A stretch of 64,000 nt of DNA from a candidate division WOR-3 bacterium (GCA_965649055.1 CBFGJG010000003.1:1-64000), one strand, 5' to 3'; shown: positions 8,574-18,898, counted from the first letter of the stretch. A program made the numbers and translations. The notes: a model not told the origin generated them from the letters alone.

Positions 8574-11408
8574 ATGAAGGTCTTGATAATAGGTTCAGGG
8601 ATTTCAGGAATAGTTTCAGGTATTGATGTTGCAGATGCTGGTAATGATGTTGTCATAGTAGAAAAGAATAATTACGCAACTGGAACACTTGCAAAACTCG
8701 AAAGACAATTTCCAAACGATGCCTGTGGAATGTGTCAGATTTACCCTTTTACAGGTGATGATATTCCACAGTATTGTTTAAGAAGAATATTTTCACATAA
8801 TAATGTAGAGATAAGGACAAACACAGAGGTCGTAGATGTTAAGGGTGAAGGCCCATTTAAAGTAAAGTTTAAGAAATCACCAAGAGGTGTGATTATAGAA
8901 AGATGTATATCGTGTAGAAAATGTGAAGAAGTTTGCCCTGTTGAAACAGAAGATGAATTCAATCCTATATTTGGTAGAAGGAAGGCAATATATACTGATT
9001 ATCCAATGCCTTATCCCTTAAGTTATTCAATAGATTTTAAATCATGCACGAAGTGTAAAAAATGTGTTGAAGTATGCCCGACTAATGCGATAGACCTTGA
9101 AATGAAAGAAGAATATTATGAGATGGAATTTGATAGAATAATTGTAACAGCTGGATTTGAAGATATAAATCCTTTCAATCTTAAAGAATATGGTTATAAA
9201 AGGTTCAAAAATGTTATAACGAGTATAGAACTTGAAAGGAATATGAGTTTTACAGGTCCTAACATGGGTGAATTGTTTAGACCTTCTGATAAGAAAAGAC
9301 CAAAGAATGTAGCCTTTATTCAGTGTGTTGGTTCAAGGGATAAGGACAACCCATTCTGTTCTTATGCATGCTGTATGTTTGCATTAAAGGAAATAAATCT
9401 TATAAAAAGATTTTTCCCTGATATAAATACATCCATATTCTATATGGATATGAGAACTTTTGGTAAAGGATACTATAATTATCAAATAAATACAAAGGCA
9501 AATTTCATAAAACAGAGGGTAGCATCAATAGATCAGGATAACGAGGATAATCTTATAATAAAATATGAAGATAATGATGGGAAACTTAGGACGGAAAAAT
9601 TTGAACTTGTTGTTCTTTCAATTGGGCAAAGGCCTAATTACCAGGATTTTTTGATAAAAGATGAGAATGGTTATCCTGTATGCGATTTTATAACATCTGA
9701 AAATAAGAAGGGTATAGTAATTGCAGGTTCTTCATCATATCCAAAGGATTTGATGGATTCAGTGATAGAAGCCCATTCATCGGTTCTTGAAATAGTTAAG
9801 GAATCAGGTGGGATGAAAAAAGAGAAATATATAATAAGAAAAGAAGATGAGAAAAAGATTGGGTTGGTTCTTTGTGATTGCTTCGGTCTAATTAATTATG
9901 GTGGAATGGATTATAAAGATGTTGATATCCTAAGGATGAAGGATTTTTGTCAGAATTTAGAAGAAGTTAAAAACTGGATAAATGAAAAACAGATAAACTA
10001 TATTCTTGTGAGTGCATGTTCAAGATATTTCCTTGAACCAATACTTAAAAAATTCAGGATAAATTTTGATATTGCAGATGTTAGGGAACAGTTTGCCTTT
10101 AATAACAATGATATCAACGGTATAAATTTCCTTATAAATTCAAGATTGAATATGATTAAAGAAAGGGAAATTAATGAATCTATAGAAATTCAGATTAATA
10201 AGGATGTTGCTGTCATAGGTGGGGGATTATCAGGACTTATGGTTGCAGATGAACTCTCAGATGCAGGTTTAAATGTTTATTTGATTGAAAAGACGGATAA
10301 ATTAGGTGGTAATGCATTAAAGATTAAAAGACATATAACAGGGTTTGATGTAAATGGACTCTTAAATAATTTAATCGACAGGATTGGAAAAAAGGAAAAT
10401 GTGAAGATAATTTTTAATAAAGAATTAATTGAAATAAGAGGTTCCCTCGGTGATTTTAATGTAAAACTAAACGATGGGAATGAGATACAGGCTGGTTTTA
10501 TTGTCCTTGCAACCGGTGCGAATGAATACAAACCGAAGGAATATGGTTACGGGAAAAACAGAAACATATTAACGCAGATAGAATTTGAAGATATAATTGA
10601 AAAGGAAGATTTTAACAATAAGAATATCATAATGATACAATGTGTTGGTTCAAGAAATGATGAAGCAAGTTTCTGTTCAAGGGTATGCTGTTCAAGGGCA
10701 GTCCAGAATGCTTTAAGGATTAAAGAAAAATTTAAAGATGCAAATGTTTATGTTTTATACAGGGATATGATGACTTATGGTGTTAAAGAATTGTATTATA
10801 AAAAGGCAAGGGAGCTTGGTGTTGTATTTTTAAGATTTGAGGAAGGTAAAGAGCCGGATGTTTTGTTGAATGATAATATCGCTGTTAGATTTCATGATGA
10901 AATATTAAATGATGAATTAGAAATAAAAGCAGATTACCTGATTCTTTCAACCGGTATCAGGAACGGAAATAAAGAATTTTATGAGAGGATTGGTATAGAT
11001 ACAGATGAAAATGGTTTTGTTAATGAAGCGAATATTAAATTTAAGCCCCTTGAGACGAGAAGGCCGGGTATTTTTGTCTGTGGTCTTGCTCATTCTCCAA
11101 GGGATACATTTGAATCCATAAAGCAGGCAAGGGGTGTTGCAACACAGGTATTAAGTATCATAAAGAAGGGTATAAGTTCAAAAAATAGGATTTCATACAC
11201 AAAAGAGAGAATGTGTGCTGGATGTGGTTTCTGTGTGGATGTTTGTCCTTATAATGCAAGGGTTATAGATGAAGATAGGAAGGTTGCTATGGTTTATATC
11301 CATCTCTGTCAGGGATGTGGAGCATGTATAAGTGTATGTCCATCTGGTGCAGCAGATATGAGGGAGATGGGTTATAACGAGATGTTCACAGGAATGAAAA
11401 ATCTATGA
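8574..11408 (+). CDS. hdrA: Heterodisulfide reductase subunit A-like protein, tandem (two FAD modules)
   Basis: Two GxGxxG sites, two IQCVGSR..CSxxCC motifs, inserted and C-terminal 2x[4Fe-4S] domains. Confidence 0.9.
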   Translation: MKVLIIGSGISGIVSGIDVADAGNDVVIVEKNNYATGTLAKLERQFPNDACGMCQIYPFTGDDIPQYCLRRIFSHNNVEIRTNTEVVDVKGEGPFKVKFKKSPRGVIIERCISCRKCEEVCPVETEDEFNPIFGRRKAIYTDYPMPYPLSYSIDFKSCTKCKKCVEVCPTNAIDLEMKEEYYEMEFDRIIVTAGFEDINPFNLKEYGYKRFKNVITSIELERNMSFTGPNMGELFRPSDKKRPKNVAFIQCVGSRDKDNPFCSYACCMFALKEINLIKRFFPDINTSIFYMDMRTFGKGYYNYQINTKANFIKQRVASIDQDNEDNLIIKYEDNDGKLRTEKFELVVLSIGQRPNYQDFLIKDENGYPVCDFITSENKKGIVIAGSSSYPKDLMDSVIEAHSSVLEIVKESGGMKKEKYIIRKEDEKKIGLVLCDCFGLINYGGMDYKDVDILRMKDFCQNLEEVKNWINEKQINYILVSACSRYFLEPILKKFRINFDIADVREQFAFNNNDINGINFLINSRLNMIKEREINESIEIQINKDVAVIGGGLSGLMVADELSDAGLNVYLIEKTDKLGGNALKIKRHITGFDVNGLLNNLIDRIGKKENVKIIFNKELIEIRGSLGDFNVKLNDGNEIQAGFIVLATGANEYKPKEYGYGKNRNILTQIEFEDIIEKEDFNNKNIIMIQCVGSRNDEASFCSRVCCSRAVQNALRIKEKFKDANVYVLYRDMMTYGVKELYYKKARELGVVFLRFEEGKEPDVLLNDNIAVRFHDEILNDELEIKADYLILSTGIRNGNKEFYERIGIDTDENGFVNEANIKFKPLETRRPGIFVCGLAHSPRDTFESIKQARGVATQVLSIIKKGISSKNRISYTKERMCAGCGFCVDVCPYNARVIDEDRKVAMVYIHLCQGCGACISVCPSGAADMREMGYNEMFTGMKNL

Positions 11409-12340
11409 AGAAACCTGAAAATCAAATGAAAAATTTAATTATTGATAAAAAACCAAATGATATAAAGATAGTTATAGAAGATAACAGGGAGAAACAAAGA
11501 TATTTACTTGAAGAAATTAAAAACAAGATTATCTTAGGGGATTTATTTGAAGTTTTAAAAAAAATAGATGATGAAGTTTTTGATTTAGTATTTATTGATC
11601 CACCATATTTTTTACAATTGCCCAATAAAGAATTAAGAAGATGGTCAGTAAAAACAGTTGTTGAAGGAGTTAATGATGCTTGGGATAAGTTTTCCTCATT
11701 TCAGGAATACGATGATTTTATTAAAAAGCTTCTTTCGGAAGTTAAAAGGGTGATGAAACCAAATGCTACAATATGGATAATTGCTACTTATCATAGTATT
11801 TTTAGAATTGGTAAATTAATGCAGGATTTAGGTTTCTGGATACTTAACGATGTAATCTGGATAAAGACAAATCCTATGCCAAACTGGCTTGGTGTTAGAT
11901 TTACTAATGCTACAGAGACTCTTATTTGGGCCGTAAAAGACAAAAAATCTAAAAATTATACTTTCAATAAAGAATATGCAAAAATGTTTGGAATTGGGAA
12001 GGTTGGAGCAAATGTTTGGGTATTGCCTCTTTGTTGGGGCAATGAAAGACTTAAGGATGAAAAAGGGAGAAAATTACATTCTACACAAAAACCAATAGAT
12101 CTTCTTAAAAGAGTTATTTTAACATCAACTAAAGAAGATGATGTGATTTTAGATCCTGTAGCTGGAAGTGGAACAACAGGGTATGTGGCTCAGGCGTTAA
12201 AAAGAAATTTTGTTATGATTGAAATCAACCCGAAGTATGTAAAAGGTATGGAAGAAAGGTTTAAACACCCATTGAAAATAATTGATAGCCCATTACAAAG
12301 TAAAAAAGATTTAAATAAATATTTGAAAATGATTAAATAA
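11405..12340 (+). CDS. Beta-class N6-adenine DNA methyltransferase, CcrM/M.HinfI/M.HpyAIV-like (probably GANTC)
   Basis: DPPYFLQL, YHSIFRIG, WILNDVIWIKTNPMPN, ETLIWA, HSTQKP, LDPVAGSGTT. Confidence 0.88.
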   Translation: MKKPENQMKNLIIDKKPNDIKIVIEDNREKQRYLLEEIKNKIILGDLFEVLKKIDDEVFDLVFIDPPYFLQLPNKELRRWSVKTVVEGVNDAWDKFSSFQEYDDFIKKLLSEVKRVMKPNATIWIIATYHSIFRIGKLMQDLGFWILNDVIWIKTNPMPNWLGVRFTNATETLIWAVKDKKSKNYTFNKEYAKMFGIGKVGANVWVLPLCWGNERLKDEKGRKLHSTQKPIDLLKRVILTSTKEDDVILDPVAGSGTTGYVAQALKRNFVMIEINPKYVKGMEERFKHPLKIIDSPLQSKKDLNKYLKMIK

Positions 12341-12341
12341 A

Positions 12342-13217
12342 ATGAACTATAAAAAATTTTGTGAAATTTTGAATAAGCATATATTTGAAGGGGAGAAGAA
12401 AGAACTTCTCAGAAAGATTGTTGAGAATCCGGAACGTTTTGTCGGTTTGTTTAGACCAACAAAGCCCCATGCAAAAATTTTACAGCATCTCTTTCAATCT
12501 CATGAAATAAGAATGGGAGATGCTCTGGAGGAAATTGTGGAAGAAATACTGAAAGAACTTAATTTTGAGACATTGCCGAAAAGTATACAAGATGAAAAAG
12601 GGAAACAGTTGTCTTTGGATCAATATTTTACAGATAATATCGTATTCTATTTTATCGAGCAAAAGATTAGAGATGACCACGACTCTTCAAAAAAGCGAGG
12701 ACAAATTTTAAATTTTGAAACTAAACTCGAAATTTTGAGTAAAATCCATAAATCAAAATTAATTGGTATTATGTACTTTGTAGATCCAGATCTCTCAAAA
12801 AACAAAAATTATTATCTTTATGAATTGCTTAGACTTGAAAAATTTTATGGTGTTAAGCTTTTTCTTTTTTATGGTAAAGAGTTTTTTGAATATTTAAAGG
12901 TACCAGAAATTTGGGAACAAATACTCAATTGGCTAAAACAATGGAAAGATAGTTTGCCTGAATTGCCCGAAATAAATTTTGATGTTGTAGCTGAAGAGAG
13001 TTACCAAGCCATTAGAGACTTAGAGTTAAGAACTTGGAGAAAATTTTGTGAAAATGAAATTTTATGGAGAGAAGGAATAGTGCAAACAATATTTAAAGAA
13101 GGAACTACACTTAGGCTTTTGTTAAAATTTTTCGAAAGACAAGACACTTTTTCCTATCAACAGTTGAAAAATTTGTTAATTGAAAAACTAAAAACTTATT
13201 ATGGAAAAATTGTTTGA
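12342..13217 (+). CDS. Type II restriction endonuclease, HpyAIV-like
   Basis: Adjacent to MTase; PD-(D/E)xK-like LDQYF..EQKIRDDHDSSKKRGQ recalled from the HpyAIV family. Confidence 0.72.
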   Translation: MNYKKFCEILNKHIFEGEKKELLRKIVENPERFVGLFRPTKPHAKILQHLFQSHEIRMGDALEEIVEEILKELNFETLPKSIQDEKGKQLSLDQYFTDNIVFYFIEQKIRDDHDSSKKRGQILNFETKLEILSKIHKSKLIGIMYFVDPDLSKNKNYYLYELLRLEKFYGVKLFLFYGKEFFEYLKVPEIWEQILNWLKQWKDSLPELPEINFDVVAEESYQAIRDLELRTWRKFCENEILWREGIVQTIFKEGTTLRLLLKFFERQDTFSYQQLKNLLIEKLKTYYGKIV

Positions 13218-13271
13218 AAATTAAGAAATGATATTTTTAAAATTAAAAAATGTAAAAAAAGGAGATTTATT

Positions 13272-13775
13272 ATGCCTGTAAAGGTTAATGAACTTGATAC
13301 AAAATTTAAGGAAAAGATAATGAAAGAACCGGGTGGTGAGTATCTTTCAAGATGTTTTGCCTGTGGAACATGTAGTGCAAGTTGTCCTGTTCGTGAAATA
13401 GATGAAAGATTCAATCCAAGGAAGATAATAAGAATGGTTTTACTTGGGATGAAGGAAGAGGTTTTAAAGAGTGATTTTATCTGGTTATGCACAGCCTGCT
13501 ATATGTGTCAGGAAAGATGTCCACAGGATGTGGTGGTGACCGAACTTATGAATGCAATAAAGAATGTAGCAGTGAAGGAAGGGTATATTCACCCATCGTA
13601 TATAGCACAGTATGAAGCACTTGATAAATTTTCAAGGTTATATGAAGTTGGTGATTTTGAAAACAAAAAAAGGGAGAAGATAGGGCTTCCACCACTTGAA
13701 TCTTCAAGGAAAGAGGAGTTTGTGAAGATAATCAATGAAAGATTGGGCCTGTTGTTAAAGAAGGAGGAAAAATGA
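13272..13775 (+). CDS. hdrC: Heterodisulfide reductase subunit C
   Basis: CFACGTCSASCP, WLCTACYMCQERCPQ. Confidence 0.92.
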   Translation: MPVKVNELDTKFKEKIMKEPGGEYLSRCFACGTCSASCPVREIDERFNPRKIIRMVLLGMKEEVLKSDFIWLCTACYMCQERCPQDVVVTELMNAIKNVAVKEGYIHPSYIAQYEALDKFSRLYEVGDFENKKREKIGLPPLESSRKEEFVKIINERLGLLLKKEEK

Positions 13776-14644
13776 GATACGGGCTTTTCCTTGGTTGCAC
13801 TGTTCCAGTTCGTTCACAGAATTATGAATTATCAGGTAGGAAGGTCGCAGAAAAACTTGGTATAGAACTCGTTGATATTCCTGAGTTCAGGTGTTGTGGT
13901 TATCCCTTGAAGGCAGTTGACTCATTCACACAACTTCTTTTAAGTTCTTATAATCTTGCAGTTGCAGAATCGAAAGGAATAGATAGTATAACAACATTCT
14001 GTAATGCATGTAGTGTAACTATGATAGAAGCAAATGAAGAAATAAAACACAGTGAGGATATAAAAAATAAGGTTAACGAGGAACTTAAAAAACAAGGTCT
14101 TCAGTACAATGGAAATGTTAAGGTTAAACATTTTGCAAGGGTCTTATACGAAGATTATGGTATTGAAAATTTAAAAAATAAAATTGTAAAGAAACTTGAA
14201 GGTTATAAATTTGCAGCACATTATGGCTGTCATTTCATAAGACCATCAAAGGTTTATTCAGAATTTGATGACCCGCAGTTTCCTGTATCATTAGATGAAC
14301 TTATTAAAGCAATTGGTGCAGAAAATGTTGAATATCCTGAAAAACAACTTTGTTGTGGTGGTGGTATACTTGGTATAAAAGAAGACACAGCATTTGCACT
14401 TTCAAATAAAAAATTGAATTATCTTAAAGAGAAGAATATAGATGGCCTTGTCTCCATATGTCCTTTTTGCAGTGTGATGTATGAAAGCAACCAGAAAAAG
14501 ATTGAAAAGGCTTTTAACAAAGAATATAACATTCCAGTTGTATATTATACCCAGATCCTTGGGATTGCACTTGGGTTTTCACCGGATGATGTCGGATTAA
14601 AGCAGAATAGAATCAAGCCTGAGAAACTTCTTTCTATTGTATGA
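13772..14644 (+). CDS. hdrB: Heterodisulfide reductase subunit B
   Basis: Two CCG domains: LGC..CCG..CNAC and HYGCH..CCGG..CPFC. Confidence 0.92.
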   Translation: MRYGLFLGCTVPVRSQNYELSGRKVAEKLGIELVDIPEFRCCGYPLKAVDSFTQLLLSSYNLAVAESKGIDSITTFCNACSVTMIEANEEIKHSEDIKNKVNEELKKQGLQYNGNVKVKHFARVLYEDYGIENLKNKIVKKLEGYKFAAHYGCHFIRPSKVYSEFDDPQFPVSLDELIKAIGAENVEYPEKQLCCGGGILGIKEDTAFALSNKKLNYLKEKNIDGLVSICPFCSVMYESNQKKIEKAFNKEYNIPVVYYTQILGIALGFSPDDVGLKQNRIKPEKLLSIV

Positions 14645-15033
14645 TTGAAAAAAGAAGAGAAGACATATCAAAAGAGACAGCATTCAATCAGGACGAAGAA
14701 CAAAAAGGTATAAATTACTCACTAAATAAGTTCAGAAAAGAAAGGGAGGAATTCGTAAGATCATTTCTTGAAATGTGGAGGAAATCAAAATCAGAAGGTA
14801 GCATCCCTTTAAAATACAAGGAACTTGCTTCACTTGCTATTGTTCTTGTTCAGCATTGTAAGCCTTGCATATTTCTTCATACAAAGATATGTCTTGAAGT
14901 TGGATGTTCGAGGGAAGAGATCCTTGAGATAGCAGAGGTTGCTGTTTCCATGGGTGGTGGGATTGTTTATGAGTATGCAGGTTATCTTATTGAGGCTTTG
15001 GATTTTTACGGTGCAAAGGAGAAGAAGGTTTGA
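14641..15033 (+). CDS. Carboxymuconolactone decarboxylase/AhpD-family protein
   Basis: KYKELASLAI..CKPCIFLH..EILEIAEVAVSMGGG. Confidence 0.85.
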   Translation: MIEKRREDISKETAFNQDEEQKGINYSLNKFRKEREEFVRSFLEMWRKSKSEGSIPLKYKELASLAIVLVQHCKPCIFLHTKICLEVGCSREEILEIAEVAVSMGGGIVYEYAGYLIEALDFYGAKEKKV

Positions 15034-15386
15034 ATGAGAATATAACTATCATACTCTCCGGGAAAGACGAAAATAGGGCATTACTCGCTCTTGTAATAGC
15101 TACAACCAGCGCTTCACTTGGTAAAAATGTTAACATTTTTTTTGCATTTGAAGGAATTGAGTTTATAAAAAAGGATTTTATAGAAAAATCGGAGAATCAG
15201 AAAAAAACTACCTTAATAAAAAGATTAATAAATGATTGCAGGGATTTAAATGTAAAATTTCTTGCATGCTCTTTATCCTTCGAGATGTTCGATATTAAAA
15301 AAGATGAAATAATTGAAAATGTTGAAATTGCAAGTTCTATTACCTTAATAAACTCAATGGATACAGGGAAGACAATCTTTATATGA
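15030..15386 (+). CDS. DsrE/DsrF/DrsH-like protein
   Basis: VNIFFAFEG, VKFLACSLS with conserved Cys; TTG start. Confidence 0.8.
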   Translation: MNENITIILSGKDENRALLALVIATTSASLGKNVNIFFAFEGIEFIKKDFIEKSENQKKTTLIKRLINDCRDLNVKFLACSLSFEMFDIKKDEIIENVEIASSITLINSMDTGKTIFI

Positions 15387-16999
15387 TAGGAATATTCCTT
15401 GAACAGCTTTTCATTCTTTTTTTTATCCTTACTTTTGGAACAATTATAGGTAGTCTTTCTTTTAAGGGTTTTTCATTGGGCTCTGCTGGTGTTCTTTTCG
15501 TAGCCCTTGTTTTTGGACATTTTGGTAAAACAATACATAAGGAAATAATGGATATTGGATTAATATTATTTGTTTATTCTGTTGGTTTGAGTGCTGGTCC
15601 TGGTTTTCTGAGAAGCTTCAGAAAAGATGGAATTAAGTTCATATCTGTTGCATTGATAATAACAGTTATAGGTGCCATTATATCAGTAATATTTGGATTT
15701 ATTTTCAGACTTTCCCCATCCCTCATTGTTGGCATTTATACAGGTGCTTTAACCTGTACACCTGCCTTTGCATCTGTCCTTGATATTATAAGACAGCAGA
15801 TACCTGATGGTGTCTCGCTTTTATCAGTTGGTTATGGTATCGCATATCCTTATGGTATGATAGGAGTGGTTCTTATAATAAATTTACTACCAAAGATATT
15901 AAAGATATCAATTAAAAGTGAAGAAGAAAAATGGAAAGAAAAGAATAAAGATTTGGCAAAACCATTGCTTGTAAAATACTTCAAGGTTACTAATCCAAAT
16001 TGTGATGGCAGGATGATAAAGGATATTACACCTAAAAAACTTGTTGATGTTGCATTCTCAAGGATAAAGCATAATGATGAGGTGAAGGTTGTAGGTCCTG
16101 AAACAGTCCTTCATACAGGTGATATTATAATTGCAGTGGGAACAGAAGAAGACCTTGACAAAGTGAAATTCATAATTGGGGAGGAGACTGAAAGTATACA
16201 TGAGGAGAAAGATACTAATATTATAAGTTATGATCTTGAAGTGATTGACCATAGAATAATAAATAAACAGCTTTCAAGGCTTGGTTTATGGGAAAAGTAT
16301 GGTATAAGGCTTACAAGAATAAGAAGGCAGGGATTTGAAATGGTTCCCGATGGTAATATGACACTTATGATGGGTGATATAATAAGAATAGTTGGTGCAA
16401 GGAATGATGTTGAGAGATTTGTGAATGAGGTGAGGGGTTCATCAAAAAAGATAAATGAGACAAGCATGGGAACTTTCCTTGCAGGTATTTTAATTGGTAT
16501 TGTTATTGGTATGATACCTTTAAGGGTTACAGGTGACATAACAATAAGGCTTGGGATGGCAGGGGGTGTTTTTATAACGAGTCTATTTATTGGGCACTTC
16601 AGGAAGATTGGCAGATTTTACCTTTATGTTCCAGTAGCAGCAAGGTCTTTTTCAAGGGAGTTTGGAATAATGTTGTTTCTTGCTGGTGTTGGAACAAGTG
16701 CTGGAACAAGGCTTGTAGAAATACTGAAATCGCAGGGAGTTGTTCTTTTCTCCGCTGGATTTATTACAACCACACTTTCCTGTATAATAGGTATGTTTCT
16801 AATGTTGAGAATATACAGGTTTAATCCACTTGAAGCTATGGGTGCTCTAACTGCTTCTATGACAAACCCACCTGCATTAAAGGCAGCTGATGAACTCACC
16901 ACAACTGAGATACCAACCATTGCATACGCTGCAACATATCCTGCCGGACTCATTTTTAAAATAATTATAGCACAGATTCTATTTCAGTTATTGAGATAA
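15383..16999 (+). CDS. YidE/YbjL/AspT-family antiporter with TrkA-C domains
   Basis: SLGSAGVLFVAL, GALTCTPA, GYGIAYPYG, central TrkA-C domains, MTNPPAL, YAATYP. Confidence 0.88.
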   Translation: MIGIFLEQLFILFFILTFGTIIGSLSFKGFSLGSAGVLFVALVFGHFGKTIHKEIMDIGLILFVYSVGLSAGPGFLRSFRKDGIKFISVALIITVIGAIISVIFGFIFRLSPSLIVGIYTGALTCTPAFASVLDIIRQQIPDGVSLLSVGYGIAYPYGMIGVVLIINLLPKILKISIKSEEEKWKEKNKDLAKPLLVKYFKVTNPNCDGRMIKDITPKKLVDVAFSRIKHNDEVKVVGPETVLHTGDIIIAVGTEEDLDKVKFIIGEETESIHEEKDTNIISYDLEVIDHRIINKQLSRLGLWEKYGIRLTRIRRQGFEMVPDGNMTLMMGDIIRIVGARNDVERFVNEVRGSSKKINETSMGTFLAGILIGIVIGMIPLRVTGDITIRLGMAGGVFITSLFIGHFRKIGRFYLYVPVAARSFSREFGIMLFLAGVGTSAGTRLVEILKSQGVVLFSAGFITTTLSCIIGMFLMLRIYRFNPLEAMGALTASMTNPPALKAADELTTTEIPTIAYAATYPAGLIFKIIIAQILFQLLR

Positions 17000-17004
17000 A
17001 TTTT

Positions 17005-17030
17005 TGTAACGAATTCATCTTATAATTGTT
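17005..17030 (+). promoter_or_regulatory. Possible ECF-type promoter TGTAAC-N16-TGTT upstream of the efflux operon
   Basis: AAC-16-xGT spacing; nearby TATAAT boxes lack a matching -35. Confidence 0.35.
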
Positions 17031-17057
17031 TTATAATTAATAAAAAACGGAGGTCCA

Positions 17058-17708
17058 ATGGCTTTAATTAAAATAATTTTTGAACCTTTTAAAGCTTTCG
17101 GGCATATAAAAGAAAAGGATGACTGGTGGATTCCTTATCTTGTATTTTCTATAATTTTGATTATCTCTCAAATTGTATCATTCCCGATTGTTATGAAAAT
17201 AATGAGCGAAACAATGGGAAATGATATGCAGCCACCACAGGGGAACTTCTCACTTTTCAGGATAGTTGGGCTTATTTCTATACCGGTTGTAACAATAATA
17301 ACATTTCTTTCATTAAGTCTATTAGTTTATTTTTTCACTTTCCTTTTCGGTAAGAATCTGCCTTTCATAAAAGGATTAGACCTTATATCTTACATATCAA
17401 TCGTTAATTCTATAAAGACTGTTATTGGAACCATTCTGATAATAATAAGAAGAAATGCTATAAGTTCGTTTGCTGATATGAGGCTAAAGTCAGGGCTTGA
17501 CCTATTTTTTCATTCTGATAACAGGAAATTAAATTTACTTATTTCTGAAATAGATATATTTAATGTCTGGTTTTATATTCTTTTAGCATTGGGTATCTCT
17601 TATCTTACAGGTTTGGATAAGAAGAAGAGCGGGATAATATCGTTTATGGTATTTATTTTCTCTTTAGGTATTAAATTTTTAACAGCGGGAAGGGGAAGAT
17701 GGTTCTAA
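17058..17708 (+). CDS. Yip1-family membrane protein (YknW-like)
   Basis: IIFEPFKAF..WWIP, IDIFNVW..LGIS; upstream of MacAB-type genes. Confidence 0.8.
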   Translation: MALIKIIFEPFKAFGHIKEKDDWWIPYLVFSIILIISQIVSFPIVMKIMSETMGNDMQPPQGNFSLFRIVGLISIPVVTIITFLSLSLLVYFFTFLFGKNLPFIKGLDLISYISIVNSIKTVIGTILIIIRRNAISSFADMRLKSGLDLFFHSDNRKLNLLISEIDIFNVWFYILLALGISYLTGLDKKKSGIISFMVFIFSLGIKFLTAGRGRWF

Positions 17709-18898
17709 TATTTTTTTCTATAACATTAACACTCGAAGAAGCAATAGAGCGTATGTTAAAGGTTTCAGAATCTTCTATGATACTTAATTATAAAATGAGG
17801 GTTGAACAGAAGGTTAATTCTTACAACTGGTCTTCATTGCTACCTTCGATTGAATCTAATTTATCATATTCTAAGATGTATCCAACAAAGAATGAAAGTT
17901 ATAGTATAGGTCTTTCAGGTTCTCAAAATCTATCAATATATAATTTTCTTCAGGGTGTAGAGGCATACTATAACAACAATGAATCCGAATTCAATTATTA
18001 TTATAACTTGAATGAACTGATCTATAACACAATAACTTTGTATCTAAATTGTTACACAGCTGAGAAACTACTTGAAGTTCGGAAAAAGGCCGTTGAAAGG
18101 TCTGAATACTACAAATCAAAGGTTGATGAGATGTTTAAACTCGGTTCAGCATCAAGGGCAGACCTTTTAAAGGCAGAGGTGAGTAATTTACAGGCACAGC
18201 TTGAATACATAAAGGCTGAGAAAACTCAAAAAGAGCTTATTTCACAATTTAAGAGCCTGCTTGATATCAATGAAGATGTAGAACTTTCTTTACCAACACC
18301 TGATATTTTTATAGATTCTTTGAATGTTTTTAAAGATAAGGTCCTGAAAGATAATTTTGAGCTAATAGCAATGAGGAATAGTATTGCATCTATGAGATTA
18401 AAACTTGCTGAGAATATTACACAATATCTTCCTTCAATTTACCTTCGGGGAAATTATGGTTATTCCGGTAGCGAATTCCCTGATAGTAAAGAAGAGTGGG
18501 ATTTAAAAGATTCATATAGTATTGGATTTGGTCTTTCAATGCCTATTTTTGCTGGATTTAAAAGGATTAACAATACAATAGTCCAGAAGATGCAACTTGA
18601 TATTGAAGTTTTGAATTTGAAGAAAAAGGAGAAAGATATATTATTAGAAATAGAGAATTCCTATAATAACTATTTAGAATCAAGAAAGATGCTTGAGATA
18701 TCAGAGAAGAATGTGCTTGTAGCTACTGAGAGTATGGAGGCAACAAGATTAAGGTTTGAGATGGGTGAGGCAAGTATAATAGAACTTCTTTCAAGTGAGG
18801 AAGACCTATTGAATGCACATTACAATCTTGAATTAGCAATGAAGGAATATCTTCTTTCAATATACAAGATAAAAAAGATAGAAGGGAGGATAATGTGA
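17699..18898 (+). CDS. TolC-family outer membrane channel
   Basis: LTLEEAI, LPSI, GSASRADLLKAEV, LSMPIFAGF, GEASIIELL. Confidence 0.88.
   Translation: MVLIFFSITLTLEEAIERMLKVSESSMILNYKMRVEQKVNSYNWSSLLPSIESNLSYSKMYPTKNESYSIGLSGSQNLSIYNFLQGVEAYYNNNESEFNYYYNLNELIYNTITLYLNCYTAEKLLEVRKKAVERSEYYKSKVDEMFKLGSASRADLLKAEVSNLQAQLEYIKAEKTQKELISQFKSLLDINEDVELSLPTPDIFIDSLNVFKDKVLKDNFELIAMRNSIASMRLKLAENITQYLPSIYLRGNYGYSGSEFPDSKEEWDLKDSYSIGFGLSMPIFAGFKRINNTIVQKMQLDIEVLNLKKKEKDILLEIENSYNNYLESRKMLEISEKNVLVATESMEATRLRFEMGEASIIELLSSEEDLLNAHYNLELAMKEYLLSIYKIKKIEGRIM

Noticed and set aside
11393..11437. AATGAAAAAT(C/T)TA near-duplicate at the hdrA/MTase junction as a target-site duplication
   Set aside because: Both copies lie on the same side of the RM cassette, the sequence is AT-rich, and no copy is seen at the hdrC side
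5506..14644. Selenocysteine readthrough in MvhD/HdrA-type genes
   Set aside because: Cys motifs are complete within the ORFs and TGA stops overlap the next gene's start
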